64,000 nt of DNA, taken from the human T2T-CHM13v2.0 reference genome, Homo sapiens. The stretch lies in assembly GCF_009914755.1 (NCBI RefSeq), contig NC_060929.1; one strand, written 5' to 3'. Below the pieces are notes generated by a model, which was given only the letters and a program-made list of their open reading frames with translations, was not told the DNA's origin and searched no databases. Of this stretch, positions 26,193-41,675 are shown one piece after another. Numbering within the stretch: position 1 is the first letter of the stretch; each line of letters begins with the position of its first letter. The translations under genes and the position numbers were made by a program.

Positions 26193-27357
26193 TTGACTTC
26201 ATACAAAAATATCGAGATGCAGTTCTCTCATAAAAAGCAAAGATTATCATCTCCTTAGAAATTACAGATAATCTCAAATAGGGATAAGTCATTGACACAC
26301 ACATAAAGCAAGTATGTCAAAAGGAGCATTATTTATTATTTGTTGTGTTTTTGCTTTTGTTTTTGTTCAAATGCAGTAAGCAGACAGAGCATGGCATTAG
26401 CTGGCCTGGTGATCATTTTATATTTTTTGACAAAAGTTCAAATCCAAATACTTAAAGAATATGTTATAACACTGTCTTGTAGGCTGATACTCTGAAAATT
26501 TACCCTCAGATATGAAATTGAATCAATATTGAAATCATATCCTTAACAAAAAAGGAAGATGTGTTTCTCACAGTGACAGTGTTAGTTCCATACATTAAGA
26601 ATTTAAGCTAACTCGTCTGTTTAATTCACTAACTCCTTTAATCTATCTGTAATCTGCATTTACAGGCAGTTATAGAAAATTGCCAGGATATGCTGAAAAC
26701 AGAGAACTTTCACATTCAATAAACTTCAACTAAATACCAGCCATGTGCACACCAACCTCAACCCACCTGGTTCCTGCTCTACTCTGCAGTTAAGCACCAG
26801 CAATGTGTCAGACAGAATGCTGGTCTGTCTTGCACTAAGACTCCACCAAAGCCTCAAGTTAGTGAGACACAGATAAGGGGTATGGTGAAGAATTGGAAAA
26901 TAGTTTGTTTATCCAAAAATTAGGCCTTGAAATCAACACAGGGTCTCATATTTGAACATTGCTTTTAGCACCATGTTAACACTGAATCATCAAATCAGAA
27001 ATATGTCAAATCCTCTTAAAATGTCAGAAGGATTCTAGGCCAGAAATGCATGATTGATTCAAGGTATTGTGAGAGAATCAAAATCGTAAATTAATGCCTC
27101 AGATCAGATTCACATTAAATTAATGGTGCTATTAAATTAACGTCAAGCATTTCAGGAAGACGATCATATTGAATGTGCCACCATCCACCACTGCCTTCCT
27201 ACAGCAGACTTTTAGAAAGCTTCATTTTATTTGAATTAAGGTATTAACACATCTTAAGCCAGGAGGCCTAGGATAGAGGAAAGAAAAAGGGTAAGAGAAG
27301 GTGAAGGGTCAGAAGTAAATGGTTACTTCCACACGTCTTAAGAGATTAGGAGGTCTC

Positions 27358-27663
27358 GGCTGGGCGCCGTGGCTCACGCCTGTAATCCCAGCACTGTGGG
27401 AGGCCGAGGCGGGCGGATCACAAGGTCAGGAGATCGATCGAGACCATCCTGGCTAACACAGTGAAACCCCATCTCTACCAAAAATACAAAAAATTAGCCG
27501 GGCGTGGTGAGGGGCGCCTGTAGTCCCAGCTACTCGCGAGACTGAGGCAGGAGAATAGCATGAATCCGGGAGGCGGGCTTGCAGTGAGCCGAGATCGCGC
27601 CACTGCACTCCAGCCTGGGCAACAGAGCGAGACTCCATCTCAAAAAAAAAAAAAAAAAAAAAA
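27358..27663 (+). mobile_element. AluY
   Basis: CpG-rich; diagnostic gagaccatcctggctaacac and cttgcagtgagccgagatcgcgcc; 22-nt pure A tail; exact TSD gattaggaggtctc (27344-27357, 27665-27678). Confidence 0.96.
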
Positions 27664-27722
27664 GGATTAGGAGGTCTCAGAGTTTGGGATTCCATCTATA
27701 AGTCCACAATGCAACATAGATG

Positions 27723-27909
27723 TTTATTTGAGAGGGGAGGGTGGCAGAGGGGAGAGGGAGAAAAGATAACTATTGGGTACTGGGTTTAATATCTGAATGA
27801 TGAAACAATCTCTACAACAAATCCCCGTGACAGTGACACGTATTTACCTATGTAACAAAACTTTGCATGTACCCTCAAACCTAAAATAAAAGTTAAAAAA
27901 AAAAAAAAA
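27723..27909 (+). mobile_element. Older L1PA 3'UTR fragment with poly-A
   Basis: agataactattgggtactgggtttaat..tatttacctatgtaacaaa..aacctaaaataaaagtt(A)n. Confidence 0.85.
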
Positions 27910-27952
27910 GAACTCAAATGAAATAGATTGGTGCTGGCAAGAACTGATTTTT

Positions 27953-28217
27953 TTTTTTAACTTTTAAGTTCAGTAGTACACGTACAGGTTTGTTACATGT
28001 TACTTGTGTCACGGGGGTTTGCTATACCGATTATTTCATCACCCAGGTGTTAAGCCTAGTACCCATTAGTTATTTTTTCTGATTCTGTCCCTCCTTCTAC
28101 CCTGTATCCTCCACCCTCTGACAGGTCTCAGTGTCTGTTGTTCCATTCTATATGTCTATGTGTTCTCATTATTTAGCTCCCACTTATAAGTGAGACCATG
28201 TGGTATTCGGTTTTCTG
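27953..28217 (-). mobile_element. Older L1PA 3'UTR fragment
   Basis: aacttttaagttcag..ggtttgttacatg..gattatttcatcacccagg..atttagctcccacttataagtgaga; exact TSD aagaactgattttt (27939-27952, 28218-28231). Confidence 0.92.
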
Positions 28218-28913
28218 AAGAACTGATTTTTATTTTCACCAAAAGGCTCAGTAGAGAGAGAACTTACACATTCAATAAATCTCTACTAAGTACCAGCCTA
28301 TTGAATCAGAAGTGGAGCCAATTTCCATTTGGCCCCTTACGTGAGGAGTCATGTGCAAAAAGCTGAGCTGTCTGAGAGGGACCACACTTCCAGTTTATTC
28401 CAAAGCTATTTAGGCCACCTCATAGCTTGGTACTTTGGCCAGTTGTGTGACTAATCTGCCCATTGTCCAGCTCTGCCTACAGGATGGAAAAATGAATTTG
28501 ACAGGCAGTCATAAATATCTGATTTGTATGATAGCTACCTTTCTTAGTTTAAATTAATAACTTGATATTCTGGCTTTTAGATCAGTCTTGTTTCTCAGCA
28601 TGAAGTTGCAACATCCCCACATCTATCCACTCTGGTAAGACAAAGTTCTAGATCCTGCAAAGCCAATAGTAAAAAAATCCAGCCTGGGATAAATTTATCA
28701 ATAAAATGCAACCTGGTGAGGACCTGCTTTGAATATCATGACTGCTAACACTCTGGCCACAGTTAATTAGACCAAGGATTGGCACTCAAATTGTACTGAG
28801 CTACAAAGGGCCTAAACACAAAAAGTGGGTAATAAAATATACAGTCAGTTAGATTTTTCTTAGAGAATTTCAATACAGCTTCAAAAACAGTCAGTGGCTA
28901 CCAGCATAGGTGA

Positions 28914-30520
<1,607 letters not shown>

Positions 30521-32324
30521 GAAAGAGGAGAGATACAGGAAGAACAGAGTAGAAGACAGAAGCTAGGAAGCAATAGAGACAAATTGGCAGCAGAAGTTAT
30601 CAGTAAGTAGAATCCATAAGTTAGAGAGGAGAGTTAAGAGATACTGTTCAGTAGTGACTGGCAGACAGAAGTGGCAGGGACACCATAGCATCGGCAAGGA
30701 TGACTATAGTTGCTGGAGACTGCACAATACCCCAGTTCTCCTTTGGGCCTATCTTCACTTATAGAAACCATTCATTGCCTCCTTTACTTCTGTATCTATC
30801 CTTCCCAGAGAACACCACTAAATGAGATTGCTGAAAATGTTTTGTTCCTTGTAATGTGGAGGAGCCTAACATATTTTTAGAAATGCTGAGTTATAGACCT
30901 TCCCATATGAACAATTTTTTGATTTCCACAAGGCTGCTTTTTAAAAATCTATAAAATGGTTTCATATGTTTATGTGTTAAAGTCTTATCAAGAACCCGTT
31001 TTTGATTAAAAACTTCTTTAATATTTTTTCAACCAAGCCAATAAGCATATTTTTACGAGTGTATGACAAATAAATCAGAAAGTTCAGAACTGAATATCTC
31101 TCACAAATAGAAAATTATTGCTTGTCATATATTCTGAAAACAAAGCAAAATAATCCAACTGATTCATTTTCTAATCCATGAAATAGATGATACATGTATT
31201 TTGTCTCTGTTGATTTACTACAGTTTGTATTTTTTCCTGAGTTTCAGTGATTTGATTCAAGTAAAATCATTTAGCTTAATTTATTTGTCATTATATAAAA
31301 CTGTTTTATTATCATTTCTGTTACCAGTTGAATCCCTTATCTCTAGATGAAGAATTCATTGTCCCTTAAATATTAAATAAAAATCTAATCTGTGCTTAGT
31401 CCTGCACTGACCACTCATTTCAACCCAAAGTGTAGGAAAAAAGTCTCTGCAATTCAGATAAAATTAATAAATAGAAAAAAAAGTTTGACCATTAGTTGTG
31501 GAGATAGGACAAATAGACACCTAAGAAATCGATTGAAGGCATTCTGGTAATACTAGGTAGTAGCATGGACCATATATAAAAGTATTTCTCCAATTGGTGA
31601 AGCTCTGTGACAATGCTGGTTTTATGGTGAAATAAAAAATTGGAGTAGGGAAGAGACTTCTGTGGACTAGATTTTGATTGGAAAGAGTTCTTGGTGAATA
31701 TGAGCATTGGGTTGGGCCGTGCCTGGCTGGTGGGATTATAATAGCAGAGCAGAGGGGAGAACATCTCACGCTATGGGGCATGGAGTCAAGAAAAGTTTTA
31801 TCCAGGTGCAGGGGTCAGAATGGAGGGGGCAGGGAAACAAAGCAAGCTCAACAGTGGGGCTCATTGGTGAGAGATCAAGAACACAACACTCAACTGATTT
31901 AACCCATAAGCATTCTGGACCTTAAGCAGAATATTGTCCTAATAAAAGTTATTTTAGGGAGATACTGCCAGCAGCAGGACTTGCCAGGAGACCACTGTAA
32001 TGATCTTAATGTAACATAACTACCTACCAGAGTAGAGACAATTAGAATATTGAAAAGGACAAATTTAAAAACTATAATAAGTGATTGGGAATTAATACAT
32101 TAGGAAATAGATGCAAAAAAAATAGAAATAAAGATTAATAAACCTCTTAAGCTTATCACATCAGAGTTTGAAAAACCAGGTGGGCAGTGAAGGAAAAGAT
32201 GTGTTTGGGTAGGGAAACTGTGATTTTGAAATCATCAGCGAGCCAGCTGGTGGAACTGGACATAAGAGAGAACAACAGTGTGTCCTGACTTACCTAGTGG
32301 TAACAATCACATGAATTCAAAGCA

Positions 32325-35287
<2,963 letters not shown>

Positions 35288-35349
35288 TATGATGTTAGCT
35301 GGTGATTTTGCTCGTTAGTTGATGCAGTTTCTTCCTAGCCTCCATGGTC

Positions 35350-36365
35350 TTTACAATTTGGCATATTTTTGCAGTGGCTGGTACCGGTTGTTCCTTTCCA
35401 TGTTTAGTGCTTCCTTCAGGAGCTCTTGTAAGGCAGGCCTCGTGGTGACAAAATCTCAGCATTTGCTTGTCTGTAAATAATTTTATTTCTCCTTCACTTA
35501 TGAAGCTTAGTTTGGCTGGATATGAAATTCTGGGTTGAAAATTCTTTTCTTTAAGAATGTTGAATATTGGCCCCCACTCTCTTCTGGCTTGTAGAGTTTC
35601 TGCCGAGAGATCAGCTGTTAGTCTGATGGGCTTCCCTTTGTGGGTAACCTGCCCTTTCTCTCTCGCTGCCCTTAACATTTTTTCCTTCATTTCAACTTTG
35701 GTGAATCTGACAATTATGTGTCTTGGGGTTGCTCTTCTTGAGGAGTATGTTTGTGGTGTTCTCTGTATTTCCTGAATGTGAATGTTGGCCTGCCTTGCTA
35801 GATTGGGGAAGTTCTCCTGGATAATATCCTGCAGAGTGTTTTCCAACTTGGTTCCATTCTCCCCGTCACTTTCAGGTACACCAATCAGACGTAGATTTGG
35901 TCTTTTCACATAGTCTCATATTTCTTGGAGGCTTTGTTAGTTTCTTTTTACTCTTTTTTCTCCAAACTTCTCTTCTCACTTCATTTCATTCATTTGATCT
36001 TCCATCACTGATACCCTTTCTTCCAGTTGATCAAATCAGCTACTGAGGCTTGTGCATTCGTCACATAGTTCTCTTGCCGTGGTTTTCAGCTCCATCAGGT
36101 CCTTTAAGGACTTCTCTGCATTGGTTATTCTAGTTAGCCATTCATCTAATTTTTTTTCAAGGTTTTTAACTTCTTTGCCATGGGTTCGAACTTCCTCCTT
36201 TAGCTCGGAGTAGTTTGATTGTCTGAAGCCTTCTTCTCTCAACATGTCAAAGTCATTCTCCATCCAGCCTTGTTCCATTGCTGGTGAGGAGCTGCATTCC
36301 TTTGGAGGAGGAGAGGCACTCTGATTTTTAGAGTTTCCAGTTTTTCTGCTCTGTTTTTTCCCCAT
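35350..36365 (-). pseudogene. L1 ORF1, disrupted
   Basis: MGKKQSRKTGNSKNQSASPPPKE.. ends at a premature stop at 36036; the downstream piece KRPNLRLIGVPESDGENGTKLENTLQDII.. frameshifts near its end. Confidence 0.92.
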
Positions 36366-37387
36366 CTTTGTGGTTTTATCTACCTTTGGTCTTTGATAAT
36401 GGTGATGCACAGATGGGGTTTCGGTGTGGATGTCCTTTCTGTTTGTTAGTTTTCCTTCTAACAGACAGGACCCTCAGCTGCAGGTCTGTTGGAGTTTGCT
36501 GGAGGTCCACTCCAGACCCTGTTTGCCTGGGTATCAGCAGTGGAAGCTGCAGAACAGCGGATATTGGTGAACAGCAAATGTTGCTGCCTGATCGCTCTTC
36601 TGGAAGTTTTGTCTCAGAGGAGTACCCGGCCGTGTGAGGTGTCAGTCTGCCCCTGCTGGGGGGTGTCCCAGTTGGGCTACTCGGGGGTCAGGGACCCACT
36701 TGAGGAGGCGGTCTGTCCATTCTCAGATCTCAAGCTGCATGCTGGGAGAAACACTACTCTCTTCAAAGCTGTCACACAGGGACATTTAAGTCTGCAGAGG
36801 TTTCTGCTGCCTTTTGTTTGGCTATGCCCTGCCCCCAGAGGTGGAGTCTACAGAGGCAGTCAGGCCACCTCGAGCTGCAGTGGGCTCCACCCAGTTCGAG
36901 CTTCCCAGCCGCTTTGTTTACTTACTCAAGCCTCGGCAATGGCTGGCGCCCCTCCCCCAGCCTCACTGCTGCCTTGCAGTTTGATCTCAGACTGCTGTGC
37001 TAGTAATGAGCAAGGCTCCGTGGGTGTAGGACCCTCCAAGCCATGTGCAGGATATAATCTCCTGGTGTGCCGTTTGCTAAGACCGTTGGAAAAGCTCAGT
37101 ATTAGGGTGGGAGTGACCCGATTTTCCAGGTGCTGTCACCCCTTTCTTTGACTAGGAAAAGGAATTCCCTGACCCCTTGCACTTCCCAGGTGAGACAATG
37201 CCTCGCCCTGCTTCGGCTCATGCTCGGTGGGCTGCACCCACTGTCCTGCACGCACTGTCCAACACTCCCCAGTGAAATGAACCCGGTACCTCGGTTGGAA
37301 ATGTAGAAATCACCGGTCTTCTGTGTCGCTCACGCTGGGAGCTGTAGACTGGAGCTGTTCCTGTTTGGCCATCTTGGCTCCACCCCC
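36366..37387. promoter_or_regulatory. L1 5'UTR containing the sense internal promoter (firing on -) and the antisense promoter (firing on +)
   Basis: Intact YY1-type site (gccatcttgg, ~37368-37377) at the 5' end and local CpG enrichment. Bidirectional promoter activity is established for L1PA 5'UTRs but untested for this copy. Confidence 0.6.
36939..37151 (+). CDS. L1 ORF0 (antisense ORF of the primate L1 5'UTR), intact, 70 aa
   Basis: MAGAPPPASLLPCSLISDCCASNEQGSVGVGPSKPCAGYNLLVCRLLRPLEKLSIRVGVTRFSRCCHPFL matches the known ORF0 peptide; ATG in gcaATGg context; TGA at 37149-37151. Expression is unknown. Confidence 0.7.
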   Translation: MAGAPPPASLLPCSLISDCCASNEQGSVGVGPSKPCAGYNLLVCRLLRPLEKLSIRVGVTRFSRCCHPFL

Positions 37388-37866
37388 ATTTGTGTGCTAT
37401 TTATGGTAACTTGTGCTGATGACTCTGCGATGTGTATTCCAAACATATGTATGGAATAGTTCCATTTTTAAAAGTACTATTCAAACAGCATTGTCCTCAC
37501 TCTCAAGTTTGTCATCTGAATTAAACTTTATTTAATCTAGTATGAAAACTCCTTGAGCTATAAAAAAGTATGACCTTTTTTGTTATAAAAGCTATAGTCA
37601 CATCACAATAGGGCTATATAAATTAACAACCATATTTCAGAAGCACTTAAAGCATAAACATGAGCCCTTAAATATCTAAATAACTGGGGTCTTTTAATAA
37701 TTCACTGTATCAAACCCTAAAAAAATTTGATTAATCCCAAGAAATCTTCTTCTGATTGAGTAAATCAAATAAATATTTTCACCATGAAAAAGATCATCCT
37801 ACAATATCTATTTGTGAGAAGTTTAGTGCTTTAGATATTAGGGCCACTCTACTTAGGGAAAGATAT

Positions 37867-38246
<380 letters not shown>

Positions 38247-38635
38247 TGACGTAGTTTGGATGTTTGTCCCCGCCCAAATGAATTGTAATCCTCAAAGCTG
38301 GAGGTGGGGCCAGGTAAGAGGTGTTTGGGTCATGGGGGTGGATCCCTCATGGCTTGGTGCAATAGTGAGTGAGTTCTCTGGAGATCTGGTCTTTTAAAAG
38401 TGTGTAGCACTTCTCCCCCCTCTCTCTCTTGCTCTTGCTCTGGCCATGTGAAGTGCCTGCTCACCCTTCACCTTCTGCCATGACTGTAAGCTTGCTGAAG
38501 CCTCCCCAGAAGCCAAGCTGATGCCAGCACTAAGCTTCCTGTAAAGCCTGTAGATCCATGAGCCAATTAAACCTCTTTCCTTTATAAATTACCCAGTCTC
38601 AGGTATTGCTAGCAATGCAAGAATGGCCTAACACA
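38247..38635 (+). mobile_element. MSTB-type solo LTR (MaLR)
   Basis: tgacgtagtttggatgtttgtcccc..gggtggatccctcatggcttggtg..agccaattaaacctctttcctttataaattacccagtctcaggtatt..ctaacaca. Confidence 0.9.
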
Positions 38636-39547
38636 CCATCAAAGGTTAATAAATCTGGCTCAATGCTTTGTTTCAAGTCCTCTATCAAAGTTAGAGTTGA
38701 GAAATCATCAATGTGTGTGGGTAATCTATGCTCCAATAAGTACTGAATCACAATATGGGGAAAGTTTGATCTTTAGACTAGCTTTAATTGGGGCTGTTAA
38801 TTTATTGGTTTGGCCTGTTTTAGAGGGTGGTCTTAATATTGCCCACATGGTCTGGTTTCTCCTTGCTTTGGCAAGGAGCCTGTCTCCTGCTCAGCAAAGA
38901 TGCCTGCTTTCCTGTAGACTTTTCCATCTAATAGTCTTCATTAGTTGAAGAACTATGGAAAGCCCTCAATCCTTCCTTATCCGGGCTCAACCAGCTGATC
39001 AGGACATTTTTCTTCTTGAGAATCACTGTAGCCATCCTCTTAGAACCCACGCTGAAATGCAGGGATGATCAGTTCTTGTATTGAGGCATTAAACTAGCAC
39101 AAAGCAAATAGGAGGGAGAAGATTGGGAGTTGCAGCTCTATTCCTATCCCATTTTCTCACAGCAACTCAAGGAGGATCCAGACGGTTAGGATTTAAGACT
39201 TGGGAGAATTCCCCCTCTGTATGCTTCTTCCTTCACTGACTCCCTCTTCTCCCCACCTCTTCCACATAATCTTCTCTCAGCCTATCTATGAGCAACTGTC
39301 TCCTGATAAGCATCCTACCTCCTTCCTCCAGGAAACCCTACCCTGCTTCATTTGAGTAATATCAGCACTCGATTCCTAATTGTTTCTTGCAAATTCTGAT
39401 GGCTTCAACCTCAGTTGGAAGTTCATGTAGATTTTATTCTGCTTGAAGCTTTTGCTGGCTCCAAAGAAGATGGATGAGCTCTGGTACTGTAAATGTGTAA
39501 AAGGAATCAGTATGTAGTCTGATTTTGTTTGATGCCCACTAATGGAA

Positions 39548-40063
39548 TGGAAACTGAATACAAAAACAAAAATGGCCAGACCACATATAAAATAGAACAC
39601 TCACCTGCAATCTGCAAAAATCAGCTCAGGAAACTAATCCATTATCTATAGTAACCAGCCAGGAAGTCAACCAACTATAAGTCAGACTTGTAGAAAATCA
39701 AACCACTATCTCTAGCAGCCAATTCAGGAAGCCAAACAATAACCCCAGTAATAGCCCAGAACTTGATTAAAAACTGACTGCTTCCCTAATTTTTGTTCTT
39801 GATTCCAACTTAGAATCAACCAGAGAAAGCCAAATAGGCACCCCCAACCAATTACATACGATCTCCACTTCTAGTTACCTGCCTACAGCTTCCCTCCCAA
39901 CAACCTTCAGTCAGGGAATACCTGAGTCCTTCTCTTTTTTTTTCTTCTATAAAACTTTCCCACTCTTCTGCTGCCTTTTGTTTCTCTGCCAAGATGCAAG
40001 TGATGGTGGGTGACTCCCTAGTTACAGAAAGCTCTAAATAAATAGTCCTTGCTTGTTCTTATT
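39548..40063 (+). mobile_element. Solo LTR (MER77-like)
   Basis: ggccagaccacatataaaatagaac..gcttccctaatttttg..ccagagaaagccaaata..caagtgatggtgggtgactccct..aataaatagtccttgcttgttctt. Confidence 0.8.
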
Positions 40064-40156
40064 TTTTCCCTAACTAAGGGCAAGCACATCTTATAAGCTC
40101 TAAATAAATAGTCCTTGCTTGTTCTTATTTTTTCCCTAAGGGCAAGCACATCTTAT
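40029..40156 (+). repeat. Two-copy tandem duplication (66 + 62 bp)
   Basis: aagctctaaataaatagtccttgcttgttcttattttttccctaa(ctaa)gggcaagcacatcttat occurs twice, identical except for a 4-bp indel. Confidence 0.95.
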
Positions 40157-41346
40157 CCAAGTAGAAATTAATTAATTATTAATTAATTAATTATTCTAGG
40201 GATGCTCAATGTACTCGTCTCACATGAAGACAATATACTCCTCATATCTAGATCATTTTAAAGCAACTTCTTTAGAATCTTGAGAAATAACAGGCATCAT
40301 TTTGCTAAAGGAATACTTGACTCTTACTTGTTTCTGCTTTTATGGCCAGGAGCCCACACATTAGCTGAGAATGGCTCTGTGCAAGTCAACCAGGATAGAT
40401 GGCACAATCTCTCAAAAGATCCTTTAGGATCCTAAATAGGAAGGAGGGTGGTTCATATTTAATTCACATTTCTCTAATATGAAAGCAAAAAACTTTTTGA
40501 AAAGTCATACAAAAGTCATATAAAGGAAGGTAAAAAATCTGAAAGACAAGCATTTACCTAAAAGAGACTCTTCCACAAAAGATACTATTTATATCCAACC
40601 ACTTTCATTATTATTGAATGCGGGAGCAATAAAAGGGTTCAAACATTTCAAGGGTTTCTATAATTTGCAGAAACCATTTGGCAACCCAAGAAACAAGAGA
40701 CCAGAAGATTTACAAGACATTACTTGGTTCATTTACAGAATTAAATAAAAAACTGTAAATCTTTAAATTATTTAAATTATATGTGGAAGTAGGAGCCTCA
40801 TATTAAGCATAAATTTTACCACCACTGTGACAGTGTCTGAAAAGTCGGCTGGAAGGGCCTGCAAATTACACATTTGCATAAGGAATAAAGGGCACTCCCA
40901 AGACCAAATGCACACAAAAATGTATCCTGGAAGAGAAAGCATGGGTCGCAGGCTTAACCCAATAGCAACACCCCAGTCACTGAAAGAGGAACAACAAGCT
41001 TACATTTTTAGCATAACAAAATTGTGTTTGCCCTCTACTGTAGCCCAAAAATGGAACTGAAAGAGTGGCAAGTTAATACAAAATAAGCTTTTTACACTCA
41101 AAAATTCCCAAGAGACTTTATGAGAATATGACTAGTACACTAGGGAGAAAGACCTCCTTGCCACTTCCTGATAGCCCAGTGCGGGCAGGGCCCTGCACAT
41201 CATAAGTGCAGCCATGACAGCTAAGAAGCGGCCACAAGAGAAGGCATGGCCCTCCCCATTAGCAGTGGCAGCACAACTACAGCAGTCAGGTTCCCCAGGG
41301 ACCCAGCACCAAGCATTTCCAGAGCAGCAGAGGGCAACCTGTTCTC

Positions 41347-41675
<329 letters not shown>

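Noticed and set aside
27453-27695. Alu-derived ORFs here and at 12061, 37904 and 49983
   Set aside because: These are standard antisense Alu translations (e.g. [18 protein letters not shown]).
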